The notes beneath the pieces were generated by a model. The model was not told the origin of the DNA. It did not search any database and was given only the letters and a program-made list of their open reading frames with translations. From the NCBI GenBank assembly GCA_030390025.1, contig CM059433.1, positions 18,850,001-18,914,000 of the forward strand: a stretch of 64,000 nucleotides of DNA, in the 5' to 3' direction. Source of the stretch: Squalus acanthias. Lineage: Eukaryota. The position numbers were made by a program, and so were the translations under genes. Below, piece after piece: positions 1 to 12,877 of this stretch. Each line of letters begins with the position of its first letter. Within the stretch, counting starts at the first letter, position 1.

Positions 1-539
1 CGAGCTGAAAACAAGCTGTATGCATAAATCCTCACTGGAGAATGTTACATGATATGAGGAAACCGATAAAGGGGAAGAAAGGGTATTACATTAAAGACAA
101 AACAAAGAAAAATAAATTTGTCCCTAGAATTCATCTAAGCATGCAGTTCATCCTTCCCTTCCAGCTTCAACATATGCCGGAGGCATAGATCATTTAGTAG
201 TATAGTTGTCCCTACTTAGCATTTGTGATTCAATTGATCCCAAATGATCATTAAACAGCACCTGGTTTATTGCCCTACATTTCTTTTGCCAAACTTGATT
301 CTGAGAATATTAACTTCACTGTGGATGGTTTCCATTTGTAGAAACCAGGATGTCAGTCTCTCTATTTTCCTTTATTTTAAAGTCAATAAATAGAAATGCA
401 ATTTATTGCAGTTTTCTGCAGGGTGAGTCTGTTCAAAAGCATTATTATTGGCAGAATTCTAGCCAATCAGGAGTTGCCTGCAATAATTCTGATATCCTGC
501 CTCTTGAGTGGATTAATAGCCAATTAATTAGTCAACTGC

Positions 540-1705
540 CCAGGTGTGTCCTGTCCACAAAAAGCAGGACAAATTCAATCCGGCCAATTACCGCCCCATC
601 GGTCAACTCTCAATCATCAGCAAAGTGATGGAAGGTGTTATCGACAGTGCTATCAAGCAGCACTTACTCACCAATAACCTGCTCACTAAAGCCCAGTTTG
701 GGTTCTGCCAAGACCACTCGGCTCCTGACTTCATTACAGCTTTGGTCCAAACATGGACAAAGGAGCTGAATTTCAGAGGTGAGGTGAGAGTGACTGTCCT
801 TGACATCAAGGCAGCATTTGACCGAGTGTGGCATCAAGGAGCCCTAGTAAAACTGAAGTCAATGGGAATCAGGGGGAAAACTCTCCACTGGCTGGAGTCA
901 TACCTAGCACAAAGGAAGATGGTTGTGGTGGTTGGAGGTCAATCATCACAGCCCCAGGACATCGCTGCAGGAGTTGCTCAGGGCAGAGTCCTAGGCCCAA
1001 CCATCTTCAGCTGCTTCATCAATGACCTTCCCTCCAACATAAGGTCAGAAATGGGGATGTTCGCTGATGACTGCACAGTGTTCAGTGCCATTCACAACTC
1101 CTCAGATAATGAAGCAGTCCATGCCCGCATGCAACAAGACCTGGACGACATTCAGGCTTGGGCTGATAAGTGGCAGGTAACATTCATGCCACACAAGTGC
1201 CAGGAAATGACTATCTCCAACAAGCGAGAGTCTAACCACCGCCCCTTGACATTCAACGGCATTACAATCGCCGAATCCCCATCCATCAACATCCTGGGGG
1301 TCACCATTGACCAGAGACTTAACTGGACCAGCCACATAAATACTGTGGCTACAAGAGCAGGTCAGAGGCTAGGTATTCTGCGATGAGTGTCTCACCTCCT
1401 GACTCCCCAAAGCCTTTCCACCATCTACAAGGCACAAGTCAGGAGTGTGATGGAATACTCTCCACTTGCCTGGGGTGTCAATCAAGCGGGCTGCTTTGTC
1501 CTGGATGGTGTCGAGCTTCTTGAGTGTTGTTGGAGCTACACTCATCCAGGAACTCCCTCCCTAACAGCACTGTGGGAGTACCTTCACCACACAGACTGCA
1601 GCGGTTCAAGAAGGCGGCTCACCTTCTCGAGGGCAAGTAGGGATGGGCAATAAATGCTGGCCTTTCCAGCGACGCCCACCTCCCATGAACGAATATTTTA
1701 AAAAA
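540..1705 (+). mobile_element. 5'-truncated non-LTR retrotransposon (L2/CR1-group 'family A'), RT ORF 544-1386 plus 3' end
   Basis: RT motifs NYRPI, LDIKAAFDRVWH, QGxVLGP, FADD. Premature stop at 1384-1386. 3' end AATAAATGCTGGCC...A-rich tail is shared with the copy at 15011-15910. Confidence 0.9.
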
Positions 1706-2058
1706 GTGATGGCCAGAGATGTCAATCCAGCTCTGGAGAGCAGGAAAGTGTAGGAAGTGAGGCAGAGCTTAGTATTACTGCAGGCCAGTTCACTGACATG
1801 GTAAGTTATGGTTTTATACGGAGTCAAGAACTGGATGCAAAGTGTTGTTCTTTTGTGTGTAGCCAGCCTCTGAATTTTGAAGTTAGAAAGAGAAAATTAC
1901 AATTCAAGTTTTAAAAATTGTGAGCTTTGTACCCTTGTGTAATTGAAGGTGCAGCAAACTGTTTAAAAGCCTCAGTGTTAGTTAGCGGAGGGGTTTTTAA
2001 GATTCCAGTCATCCCCCACTTTCAGGTGCCCTCTCCTACTAACTCCAACACTGAACTA

Positions 2059-2161
2059 CATTACAACAGTGACTACACTTCAAAGTATTTCACAGGCTGC
2101 AAAGCGCTTTGGGACGTCCTACGGTCATGAAAGGCACTATATAAGTACAAGTTCTTTCTTT
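2059..2161 (+). mobile_element. SINE 3' tail fragment
   Basis: CATTACAACAGTGACTACACTTCAAAG...GAAAGGCACTATATAA...TTCTTTCTT matches the tail of the SINE at 18543-18665. Confidence 0.7.
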
Positions 2162-2835
2162 GAACTATTTAATGTAACAATTCCAGCAAAATCCATGTTG
2201 AACAGATCGTCTGACAGAGTTTAGTTGCTCCATTGTGGAATTCACTCCGCTATATGAGTGAACTAGCTAGTTAATTTTCCCCGGCACAAGCCTACCACAT
2301 CTTTCCCTGAAAGCCCATTACCAAGACCTTAACAGTCCTGGACAAACAACAGCAGATTTTTATTTTTTAAATTTCTTACAAATTTCACTCCTTTTTCTGG
2401 GACTGGACACAGGGTGTAGAGCAAAAAAGGAAAAGCATTGGCGGTTCAGCTTATCTCTCTATTTTCTGCAAGTTCTAACATTGGTGGAAAAGACCTCTTT
2501 ATTCCATCCCAAAAACATGAGTTATGGTTCTCCAGGGCTTTATACAACAAAGGAAGTAACATATACTTATACCTCACAGAATAAATATTTTGTTTTGGTA
2601 TTATGTACATATATTTTCATCAATTGGACAGAGGCCTGGAGGAGCGCACTTCATTCTGGTTAGATTCCAGCTACAGCTCAGAGCAGGACCATTGAGAGAA
2701 GGAAGACCTTGATCTGATTACTGAAAAAGACTGCATTTTAGCTGATCTAATCGCCTTAAATATATAGGTACTTTATGTCACTTTTGTAAGTGTTTGATCT
2801 GCTATTGGGCATTTGCAGTATGGCGGAACTATCTA

Positions 2836-3190
2836 CAGATAGAATCATAGAACGGTTACAGCACAGAAGGAGGCCATTTGGTCCATCCAGCCCGTGCCGG
2901 CTCTCTGCAAAAGCTTTTCAGCTGGTCCCACTCCCCCGCCCTTTCCCCGTAGCCCTGCAGATTTTTTTCCTTCAGGTACTTATCCAATTCCCTTTTGAAA
3001 GCCATGATTGAATCTGCCTCCACCACCCGTTCAGGCAGTGCATTCCAGATCCTAACCACTCGCTGCGTAAAAAAGATTTGCCTCATGTCGCCTTTGGTTC
3101 TTCTGCCAATCACTTTAAATCTGTGCCCTCTGGTTCTCGACTCTTCCGCCCAATGGGAACAGTTTCTATCTACTCTGTCTGGACCCCACA
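2836..3190 (-). mobile_element. CR1 LINE 3' fragment
   Basis: TRGHRFK...FFTQRVVRIWNALP...FKRELD, the C-terminal motif of CR1 ORF2. Confidence 0.85.
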
Positions 3191-3402
3191 TGATTTTGAG
3201 ATGCTACAAATGATCTTCATAACTGACTTCTATTTGCCAAGATTATTACACACAAGATTTAGAGACATGGCAATAATCTGTACATTACTGTAATCAACTT
3301 TTTGTATAGCTATCGAGATATTAGCATTATTGTTGCTGATGATCACCACAACTGTGAAGTTATTTAGAAGGGAAGACTAAGTTCATATCTAAGCAACCCG
3401 TA

Positions 3403-4521
3403 TAGGGTGGTGAATCTTTGGAATTCTCTACCCCAGAGGGCGGTGGATGCTCAGTCGTTGAGTATATTCAAGACTGAGATCGATAGATTTTTGGACACTT
3501 AAGGAATCAAAGGATACGGGGATAGGGCGGGAAAATGGAGTTGAGGTCAAAGATCAGCCATGATCTTATTGAATGGCAGAGCAGGCTCAAAAGGCCATAT
3601 GGCCTTGTAAGATCTTAACGATCTCTGAGTTCTTAGACAAGACACCAATAGGCAGCAGCCAGTATGTTTGAGCAATAGATCAAGATTTATTAAGCATACA
3701 GCGTAATATACTTAATATTAGGCGATAGTTTTAACGAGTAGCTCGCAGCCCTAGGTCTCTGGAACCTCTCGGACACAGATGACGTTGTCTTAAGTCTGTT
3801 CTTTTGTCCTCGCAGTACGTCTGTGTGAAGTTGTTCTTTGGGTATCGAGGTTTTGACCCTTTTCTTGGCCAGTGTCCATATATGGTCTTTAACAAAATCA
3901 CCTTTTTTAATTGGTTCTAATGGTCAAAATACCATTGTCACTCAGACTAAGGTAGCATCCCGCCTTTCCAGTATTTTTCCACCAACTTTGCCATGTTCAG
4001 TGTTATCTTGTTTATAGTTTTTCACCCCATTGGAATTTACTTTATCTCTTTCATTTCTAGCTTCCCTGGTACAAGGCCTTTATACCAAGGGCCCATATCA
4101 GCGCTGTTTCACTAGTCTCGAGGTATCCAAACTATCTCACTTTAATCGACCAGTTCTTATCTCCATGATCTCTCTCATTTTATGTCCTTATACTAATAAT
4201 TCTTTAAATATTGTTGCAATTAGATTTATTAAGCGAAATCTAAGTTCTACTTAGCATCATAGTATGTTATTTAATGATTTGACCTTCACTCGCAGTCTGT
4301 GGCTGTTTGTTATCAAAACTTCGTCAAAACTGCTTTTGACTGTGCAGCTACATTTTGAACAAGTCTTAGCTTTGCTTAGTTACTCAGGAGTAATTATGTG
4401 TAATATTATTTGGTCAATGGCTACACTTGAAGTTATACATGTATGATTCTCATCGACTAAATATCTTTAAATATCAGCCTTTCGTACAGCCTACTCCTGC
4501 TCCTATTTCTTATGTTCTTAT
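3403..4521 (+). mobile_element. CR1 3' fragment split by a solo LTR
   Basis: RVVNLWNSLP-coding segment and 3'UTR ...ATGGCCT | GCCTACTCCTGCTCCTATTTCTTATGTTCTTA rejoin across the insertion. Confidence 0.8.
3606..4488 (-). mobile_element. Solo LTR (883 bp)
   Basis: TGTA...TACA termini, 4-bp TSD GCCT (3602-3605/4489-4492), AATAAA on the minus strand near 3686. Confidence 0.8.
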
Positions 4522-4968
4522 CATTCCAGCGGTTCTCCTGTACCGTTGCTTGTGGTGAGTCAGAGGATATATAGTTTTCTAATGACAGGAGCATGATACC
4601 ATGTAACACACAAAGTATTATTATGCATTAGTGGACCTCCTGTGGTGCTCATGGTAGGTTGGATGTTCAGCTGTTTTATAATGACAGCGTTATAACATGT
4701 AATGCACAATGTAGTATTTTGTACCGAACATGGAGCTGTCTGTAACCTGGTCTGTTTCTGTAAGACTGCAAAGTTTAGTTGCTATTAATAGGTACAACCT
4801 GAAGTCAATTAAAGAGTAATTGCTGTTGGTGAAGGAAGTTTGTAGATTGGCAGTTGCTTGCAAATTATTGGCTAGAGAAGAGCAGCAGCAAATGTTTGGC
4901 TTCCTTTTTCTCTTTTTAAATACTTTAAAAAAGTATGGCAGAGTCATCGGTCTCTTTGAGAGCATATT

Positions 4969-5734
4969 GGGCCAAAAATTCGGCACTTGCCGGGTGAGTA
5001 CGCGCTGTGTACTCACCCGTAAGGCCTCCTGAAGTGCTGGTTTCCTGCATGCACTGCGCATGCGCGGGAAACCGGAACTTCCGGTCTCGTGAAGGGAGGG
5101 GTTGAGAGGTGAACTGCGTGCGCGGGAGAGGCTGCGCGCACGCAGCGAACTTAGGTTTTTTTTCAGGTTTCTCCGGCAAGGTAAGTATGGAAGAAGCTGC
5201 ACATTTAAAAAGGAGGCGCAAGACCCGTTTTTAACAAGGTAAGTGGTTAATTAATTACAATTTTAAAAAAATTTCAACAGGTTTACCTTTTTTAGATACT
5301 TTAAAGAAAGGTAAGTTTATTTTTAGCACTGTTAAAAAGTATTTTAACTTTTTCAAAAATTTAAACTTTTGTTTAAAGTAGTTAATTTATTTAATTTATA
5401 GTTATTTTAAAAATGTGATGGTTTTTAAAAAAAATTATTTTAAGTTTAGGTGTTGTTTTGGGGCCGATTTCAATTCATAGATTTGACAGGTCTTCCTGTC
5501 AAATCTATGAATGAAAGATGGTCTGCTGCCATTGGCTCTCCATGGCCCACGTGATCCCAGGGGGCGCATCGCACTAACTACGCCCCTGGGATACACAAGC
5601 ACTGCGCGCCGGCAGCTGCAGGAGGCCCAGGAGCTGAAGTCCCCGTGGGCCCAGAGGTCAACAGCAGGCGCGGTAGGTAGGTGCGCGCAGGATCCTTGCA
5701 CCCGCGGGAAGCCAGGGAGCCTAATTTCTGGGCC
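4969..5734. mobile_element. Non-autonomous DNA transposon (Harbinger-type MITE), same family as the inserts in the ERV env
   Basis: TIRs GGGCCAAAAATT / AATTTCTGGGCC, 3-bp TSD ATT, internal palindromes, AT-rich core. Similar to 29278-30021 and 35673-36416. Confidence 0.8.
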
Positions 5735-5754
5735 ATTATCAAGGCAAAAAGTCT

Positions 5755-5985
5755 AGTGTAGTATTGAGGGAGTGCTGCATCCTTCAAAGTTGACGATGAA
5801 ATGAGGTGCTGACTACCTGCTCTGACCATTCAGGTCAAAGTTGAAGATCCCATAGCAATACTTGATGTCCTGGCCAACATTCCTTCATCAATCAATACCA
5901 CCATAGTAAATAGAGGAACTGGTCATTCATCTCACAGCTGTTTATGAGCGGGCTGGTGCAGAATGGCTGCCATGTTTTCCTCACA
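5755..5985 (+). mobile_element. Degraded tRNA-derived SINE fragment
   Basis: GTATTGAGGGAGTGCTGCA...AAGATCCCAT...GTCCTGGCCAACATT resembles the SINE body at 16554. Confidence 0.55.
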
Positions 5986-6608
5986 ACAGAAGTTTCTGGA
6001 CGTCAAAGATCTCACTTTATTTGCATACCATGTTCGTGATACATTGCAATCCTTGTTCCACTTTGATAGGTCCACATAATTGGCCTCTATATCCACCATC
6101 ACCAGGTAGGAGGAAAAATAAGGGTTACTGCTTCAAAATAGAGAGCTCATAATTTATAGCAAGTAAGACAAAGGATACATTTCATCTCTTGATTCTTGTG
6201 ACGGTTTTGGCTTCCTTTACACCATTGTCTTGGTAAACAACTTGATGCTAATTACCATAAATGGACCACATCCTTTAGAATTTGAAATTTGCGTCTTTTT
6301 ACTCTTTGCCCCTACAGAGTCCATGGGGGCGATTTTCAGACTGGAGGCAGGTTGGAGGCAGGTTTTGGTTTGGGTGGGTTTGAAACCCGCCTCCACTGAT
6401 AGGTTTGAAAAAATTGCGATTTTCCCATAATTGGCCAGTTGATTTCAGAGGTGTGGGATGCCCTTGGTCAATTAGTGTTTTGGGACTGAAACTCGCCTCT
6501 GCTGACATCACTTTTCCAGCCTCATTTAAGGGCTGCTTGCTGCCTTGGATCATTCCACTGGATTTCTGTCAATGCTCCACCACCTGCAACATATTTTGAG
6601 AAACCACT

Positions 6609-6854
6609 ATGTCCCATTCCAAGGCAAGGGTCTCCCCGAGGTTCTCGGATGAAGTGCTGCAAATGTTGGTTGAGGGGGTGAGAGCTAGCAGGGAGGTGCT
6701 CTTCCACTCATCTGGGAGGAAGAGGACTCCCAAAGAAACCAAGGTTGTGTGGGTCCAGCTGGCAAGGGATATAACCTCCAGATCTGTGTGCAGATTGGAT
6801 GAATGTTTATGTGTATTGATGAAATGCCATCCCTGTTGGAAAGCATTAAAATGA
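6609..6854 (+). pseudogene. Truncated Myb/SANT-like DNA-binding protein of Harbinger
   Basis: PRFSDEVLQMLVEGV...LF...W..LA..I matches the trihelix/Myb-like partner ORF of Harbinger elements. Confidence 0.75.
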
Positions 6855-7035
6855 TTTGCTGGCAAAATGTTGGCGTGATGGCATCTGTTCTTTCACCTTA
6901 GGCAGCTCCACATTGCGGGCTCCGCGACACTTGCATTGTCAGGTTGGTGGCCAGAGTGAAAGGAGGCCAGAGAGTCATGTCCATTGTCTATCATGTCTTA
7001 AGATGGAGCCAAGGACATGAGCCAACATGGGCAAC

Positions 7036-8260
7036 CTATGCAAAACTGGCCATGATAAGTTCATCCCTTGCATCACGGGCAGCCATGTGCTCGCGTGCTG
7101 CCGCTGCTGCTGGTCGATAGACCGGCGCTCTGTCCTCCTCCTCCTCCTCATCCTCATCTGAGGAGGCCTGGAACTGAGCCACTTGCTCATCAGGAAGCTG
7201 CAAGCCACGACGCTGAGCGATGTTGTGCAGTGTACAGCAGACCACGACCATTCTGGAGACCCTGTCTGTTGAATACTGCAGTGTTCCACCTGGCCGGTCA
7301 AGGCATCGGAAGCGCATCTTCAACAACCCAATGGTTTGCTCGATGATGGACCTGGTCGAAGTGTGGCTGGTGTTGTAGCGCTCTTCAGCCTCGTTAGCTG
7401 GCCTCCTGATCGGTGTCATTAGCCACTTCTTCAGGGGGTAGCCTTTGTCACCAAGGAGCCATTCGTTAAGTTGGTTTGGCAGATTGAAAAGCGGACGAAC
7501 ATTAGAGTGCTGCAGGATGAAAGAGTCATGGCAACTACCACAGAACTTGGCGCAAACATGCAAAAACTCCTTCTTGTGGTTACACACCAGCTGTACGTTG
7601 AGGGAGTGGAAGCCCTTTCGGTTGACAACGATAGCTGGGTTGTGATGGGGTGCCCTAAGGGCCACATGTGTGCAGTCTATGACGCCCTGCACCATTGGCA
7701 AGCCTGCCATATTTATAAAGCCAACCGAACATGCGGTTATACTTGCTTGATCCCTTGAGAACGGGATGTAATTGTGCGCCTTTGCGAAAAGGGCATCGGT
7801 AACCTGCATGATGCAACTGTGGGCGGCTGACTGGGAGATGCCGCTGATGTCTGCTGATGATTGCTGGAAGGAGCCTGAGGCAAAGAAGTTGAGTGCGGTG
7901 GTGACTTTGACAGCCACTGGTAAGGGGTGTCCACCCGTTCCTCTGGGCACCAGGTCTTGCTGCAGCAGGCCGCAGATCTCTCGGACAACCTCTCGGGAAA
8001 GTCTCAGCCTCCTTTGGCACTGCTGCTCACTCATGTTGAGGTAGCTCATCCTCTGTCTGTAAACTCTCTGTTGGGGGGTATCTCCTGCGGCGAGGTGCCT
8101 CGATGCACTGGCGCCTTCTGCCCTGTGCAGCATCAGGTGGCTGAGCAGGAGGTTGGGGCTCCTGCTGCTGTTGCTGCTGAGCTGCCTGGTTCTGCTGCTG
8201 CCGGGGCTGCTCCTCATCCAAATCTGAGGTCCATGATGAAAGGAAATAAGTGGTTCCCAT
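7036..8260 (-). pseudogene. Harbinger DDE transposase (HARBI1-like) with one probable frameshift near 8075
   Basis: Catalytic motifs [16 protein letters not shown] and [15 protein letters not shown] are present. The N-terminus MGTTYF...RRRRYP (ATG 8260) is in another frame and joins at a G6 run. Confidence 0.85.
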
Positions 8261-8854
8261 GCTGCTTGTCGATGCCTCCGTTGGGGAAGTACTCATTGCG
8301 AACGGGGAGAGGGTCTTCCAAGGAGGTCCCACAGTTGATAGATTCAAGCTGCAGCACCTCCGACTTCGGAAGGCCTGCTAAAAGTGCTGAAAGACCTTTT
8401 AAAGCAAAGTTCTGCCACCTGCAACTGCTCCCTGATGAAAGCTCCGTTTTAATGGTGGAGCTGCAGCTGTGAGGAGGCCACCCACTTGTCAACCCGCCAG
8501 GTTTAGCTGGCGTGGTTTAGGAGGGTCGTGGAACATGCTGAAAATGTCGAAAAATAACGAGGGCCTCTCAAAATAGGAGTAGAGAGGCCCTTAACGACCA
8601 TTTAAGGCTTTTAACAACCTCTCTGGGCTGCTGGAGGCGGGACCGTTTCCAACCCTGCAAAACCGGCACTGGCAAAATCGCGCGGAGGCGGGTTGGAGGC
8701 AGGTTCCAAACCCGCGGTCATTTTTTTTGATTTTCCCGCCTTTCCCACCTCCAAACCCGCCACCTCGGGGCTGAGAAAATTGCCCCCCTGGATCCAAGGA
8801 TTAACCACCCATTTGCAGCAGGTAATGATGACGAACTACCAGCGTTCGCTGTTA

Positions 8855-10326
8855 TGTAGGGGGTGGTGTTTTGTGTCAGCTTCCCCTCTGACTTCTGAGC
8901 GGTTCGAATCGCTCCCACTCCCTTGGTTCTAGACCCTGGACTTATTTGGGGGTTGTGACAAAAAGTGCAGCAGACAACTGGTTCTGATGCAAGAACCTTG
9001 ATCTTTATTCAAGAGAGTAAAACACAACACAAACACTCTTAACACTCTAAAGGTGGGAAACACTTTGTTACAAGCGAGGGAAATAACATTAGAAGAATAC
9101 TACACCCCTCCCAATCCCACTTCACTAGCTAGGTTGGACTCCGGAGGACCAGGGATGATACTCACCAGAATCCTTGACAGTGGTTTTGGGGTTCGTTCTA
9201 TATGTTGGTTGGTGTCTGCCGTACCCCGTACGCGGTAGAGGACTTCAACTGCGTAGCTGGTCAGTCTTCGCGAGTCCGCTGCTGCGGTAGGGTGCGTATT
9301 GGATTTATCAGGTGAGTACCCACTTTTCTTTGGTTTAGAAGTAGGGTTTAGAGTCTTTTAGGGAAAATCTTACCCAGGGATAAGTCAGGAGTAGATTGTA
9401 GAGTGGAAACTTTGCGGATCTTCGGTTTTTCTCCGAGTTGGTTTTCTTTGGTCGCGGTGGCCCAATATTGGTGGTGATGTTCGGTTGGTTGTTTTCGTGA
9501 GGCCCTTGTTGGCGCGAGGTGTCCGATGGTCACTGAGGTGGTCGTTCTGGTTTCTTCCACGTGTCGGCCTACTTCATTGAATGGTCTGGCCTTCGAGCTG
9601 TCGACCTCCTGGCTGGACACGGAACGTTGAACGGTGGTGCTGGAGAACTGTGTTGCGGTGAATGCCTCCCTGGATGAACTTGTCCTTCTTCCTTCTTCTT
9701 CTTCTTTTTCAGGTTGAGAACGGGCCTTCAATTATACTAATTGAAGCTTCCTTATCTGCGCGCCAAATCAGATCCCGGTCATTGTTAGATTTTGGCGGGC
9801 TCGTTAACGGTAACTTGTTCGCTAATGTGTGAAGTGGTTTCGGGATGGCTCCATCCTGTCGATCTGCTGCTTGATTGTAGTTGATTGTTCTCAGGTTTTG
9901 AGTTTCTTGACTGGGCCTGGGATTTCTATAGAGTGGGTCGAAGTGATCTGTTTTATGCATGTCTTGATGGGTCCTGTAATTTGGGTGGAGACTGTTCTTC
10001 CGCGGGTCTATTGTTAGGATGTTAATGTCTGATAGGGGCCGATTAACTCCCAGCGAGGTCATGCGGTTCCCCAGACAGTTTCCATTAACTCTAATACCCA
10101 AACTGTCTTTACAGAGGTTGAACCCACCTTCCTTTACAGCCTTTTCTCCCTTACAAGTCCAGACATGTCTTTTAAAATACTAAATCTTGATTTTTGCTCT
10201 AAAATGTCCTTCGGTTAGGCCCAATGCATTTCACCACCCTGTAATAGTTAGAAAAGAGTCCAAAGTCTTTTTCCTTAGGGTTTGTCTTCAAGTTTAGGGG
10301 GATCTGTGAATTTTGAGAATCTTACA
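8855..10326 (-). mobile_element. Solo LTR (1472 bp)
   Basis: TGTA...TACA termini, 4-bp TSD GTTA (8851-8854/10327-10330), minus-strand AATAAA near 9004. Confidence 0.8.
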
Positions 10327-10330
10327 GTTA

Positions 10331-11021
10331 TTACCCCTCTGAAACTGACCGCAACTTCAGGATTTAGCACATGCGCATCTAAATGCGGAAATCCTGAAGT
10401 TGCGGTCAGTCATTCACTGCTCCGACACTGACTACGCTGTGGACCCCCCCGCCCCCCCACCCCAACCACCCACTCCATAGCTGGCAATCAGTGTAATCAG
10501 GGAAATCAGTGAAACTAACAAACCTGCGCTTTTCCGCGCTAATATCGCTGTTAAATACCCCATTAAATGTTAAGCCTTGTTGGAATAGACGTAACTGGGG
10601 TTCTAACAGCGTATTGACTGGTAAACAAACGTTCTGGCCCTGAAAAACTAATTTTTATATTTGTGGAGTGTCAAATTTCTCCATTATGTTAAAAACTAAA
10701 CATTTTCTAAAACTTCTACCATACCCCCATATGAAAGTCCCGATCTTTATTTCGCTCTCTGTAACATTTTTAAAAAGTCCGGATAAAAGCAGCTTCTCAT
10801 TTCCTGGTTTCCGGCCTCTGAGAATTCGTCAAGGTTTAGACAGCTTGTTGACGTCACTGCAGCATTGCCATATGAATCCCTTATTCACTGCGCTGCAATC
10901 AATTGAACGTCGAAAAAGGCAAACTTCTCGCCGCAGAAATCGCAAGATCTCTCGGTGGGCAGCTTTCTTCGGGGCCAGTGGCGAACACCTTTGCTTCGCC
11001 GCTGACAGCAAATTACGGGCC
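10331..11021. mobile_element. Probable MITE remnant with internal hairpin
   Basis: Perfect ~22-bp inverted repeat at 10343-10390. The right end AAATTACGGGCC resembles the TIR of the MITE at 4969. The left end is unclear. Confidence 0.5.
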
Positions 11022-12175
11022 AATATCTTTAAAATAAAATAAAATCCCACAAACTTGCACTTTACAGTCAATAAAGCAAAACACAATTCTAATGCCTTGT
11101 GATAGATTCGATGGCGATAATATTATTGAAATGGGTGAATAATTACGGCACATTAGAAATCCAATGGTTTATGAAACACAAACTGCACTATGCTCGGTTA
11201 ACCTATTTATAATGCGCATTAAAGGCGGATCATATTCTGGCCTGCCAGGGAATGTTTCCTTAAGCTAGACTGCTCCATTAATGGTTGCTGCAATTGAATT
11301 GAAAGTTATGGGTATTTCATTCAGTGCTCCCCCTTACCTTGAACTTGATGAACGAGGAGGAGGAAGGAACATCAGGGAGATCTGACTGTACCACAGTCCT
11401 GAGACAATCCAGCAGCTGCCTCCACCACATCTGGTGCGGCAGTGTCCAGCTGGTCTGACCCACCTCCTGGTGTATCAATTGTCATTTGCATAGGGAGGGA
11501 GAGTGGATGGGCCAGATGTGACATCGCCCAAAGATACAGCAGGCTTACCACAGACCAGCCCCTCAAGATTATCACACATGGCAATTTTCTCTGCCAATTA
11601 TCATAGGTATAATATTTTGGTAAAAAATGTTTTTGTATAAAACTTGAGCTTCACCCCTACTATCAACAGCTTGATTTATGGGCTGAATAGAGCAGTTTGT
11701 CGATGCCATATTTCTGATAAATGTCACATACTGTTCCACCACAATTATACAATCAATCCCAACAGATTATTTCTAACCACACATTGCGTATTGTTTTTAC
11801 AACTTCCTTTCTTCAGTTAAGCACTTACAGGCCTTGAAATTATACTGTGGAAACAATAGTGTAGGAACACAGAAATGCAACCCTATAAAATGTTCTGGTC
11901 CACTTTTTTTAATGGAGGCAAATTAATGCCTTTGTTAAAATAGTGGACAAAAGATGTTCGTACCAATGTGTTCATACAACAGCAGCATTTTTGTAAAAGT
12001 GCACTCAAATTCTTTTTGAGGTTTCGGGCTTGTTTCCTCAGAGGCGGTATGATTTTTTAGTAACTTCAAAGCCGCTACATCAAGGCTCAGTTCTAGATAA
12101 TTTATTACCGGCATGCTAGAAACATATATCAAGAATTGGATTAACTTCAGATTTTACACTCATATTTAACTTTGA

Positions 12176-12606
12176 AAGAAAAAGATAAAGACTTGCATTT
12201 ATATAGTGCCTTTCATGATGTCCCAAAGCGCCAATGATGTCGTTTTGAAGTACAGTCACTGATGTAATGTAGGAAACACAGCAGTCAATTTGCACACAGC
12301 AACAATGAGATAATGACCAGATAATCTGTTTTAGTGATGTTGGTTGAGGGATAAATATTGACCAGGACACCGGGGAGAACTCCCCTAACTCTTCTTTGAA
12401 ATAGTGCCCTGGGATCTCTTACATCCACCTGTGAGGGCAGCTGGGGCCTTGGTTTAGTATCTCATCTGAAAGACGGCACCTCTGACATTGCTGCAATCCC
12501 TCAGCACTGCACTGGACAATCAGCCTAGCTTTTGTGCTCAAGTCTCTGGAATGGGGCTTGAACCCACAACCATCTGACTCAGAGACATGGCTCCACGGCT
12601 AACACT
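12176..12606 (-). mobile_element. tRNA-derived SINE, full length
   Basis: Reverse complement of the SINE at 16554: B-box GGTTCAAGCC, body and TTTC-rich tail. Confidence 0.85.
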
Positions 12607-12877
12607 GTGGTACATTGTGAAGATACAAAATTTGGGCATTTGCACAGCCAATCCAAATTTGAGCCCAGGCCTAATCGCTCTCATCCTTTTCCCACACATG
12701 CACTTACAAACCCCAAATTTCCAAGGGGCCAGCCTCACACTCCCGGTGCAAGACGGCTGAGGGTGCAGCGTGAATGCAGGGGAAGTCGGTTGAGAATCGG
12801 ATTTGACGAATCCAAGCCCAGACCACGAGTTTCCCCGTCAGGGTCTATCTGGCAGAATCTCTGTCCTTCCCAAACAT

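Larger units (their letters stand above)
6325..8788 (-). mobile_element. PIF/Harbinger DNA transposon (~2.46 kb)
   Basis: TIRs GGGGGCGATTTTC / GAAAATTGCCCCC enclose a transposase ORF and a convergent Myb/SANT-like ORF. Confidence 0.88.

Noticed and set aside
7036..8217. Host HARBI1 gene
   Set aside because: Flanked by TIRs, paired with a Myb-like ORF and frameshifted, so it is a transposon copy.
11338..11590. Possible minus-strand exon (AAG|GTAAG donor, GC-richer unique sequence)
   Set aside because: No recognisable protein, no clear acceptor or partner exons. It needs RNA evidence.
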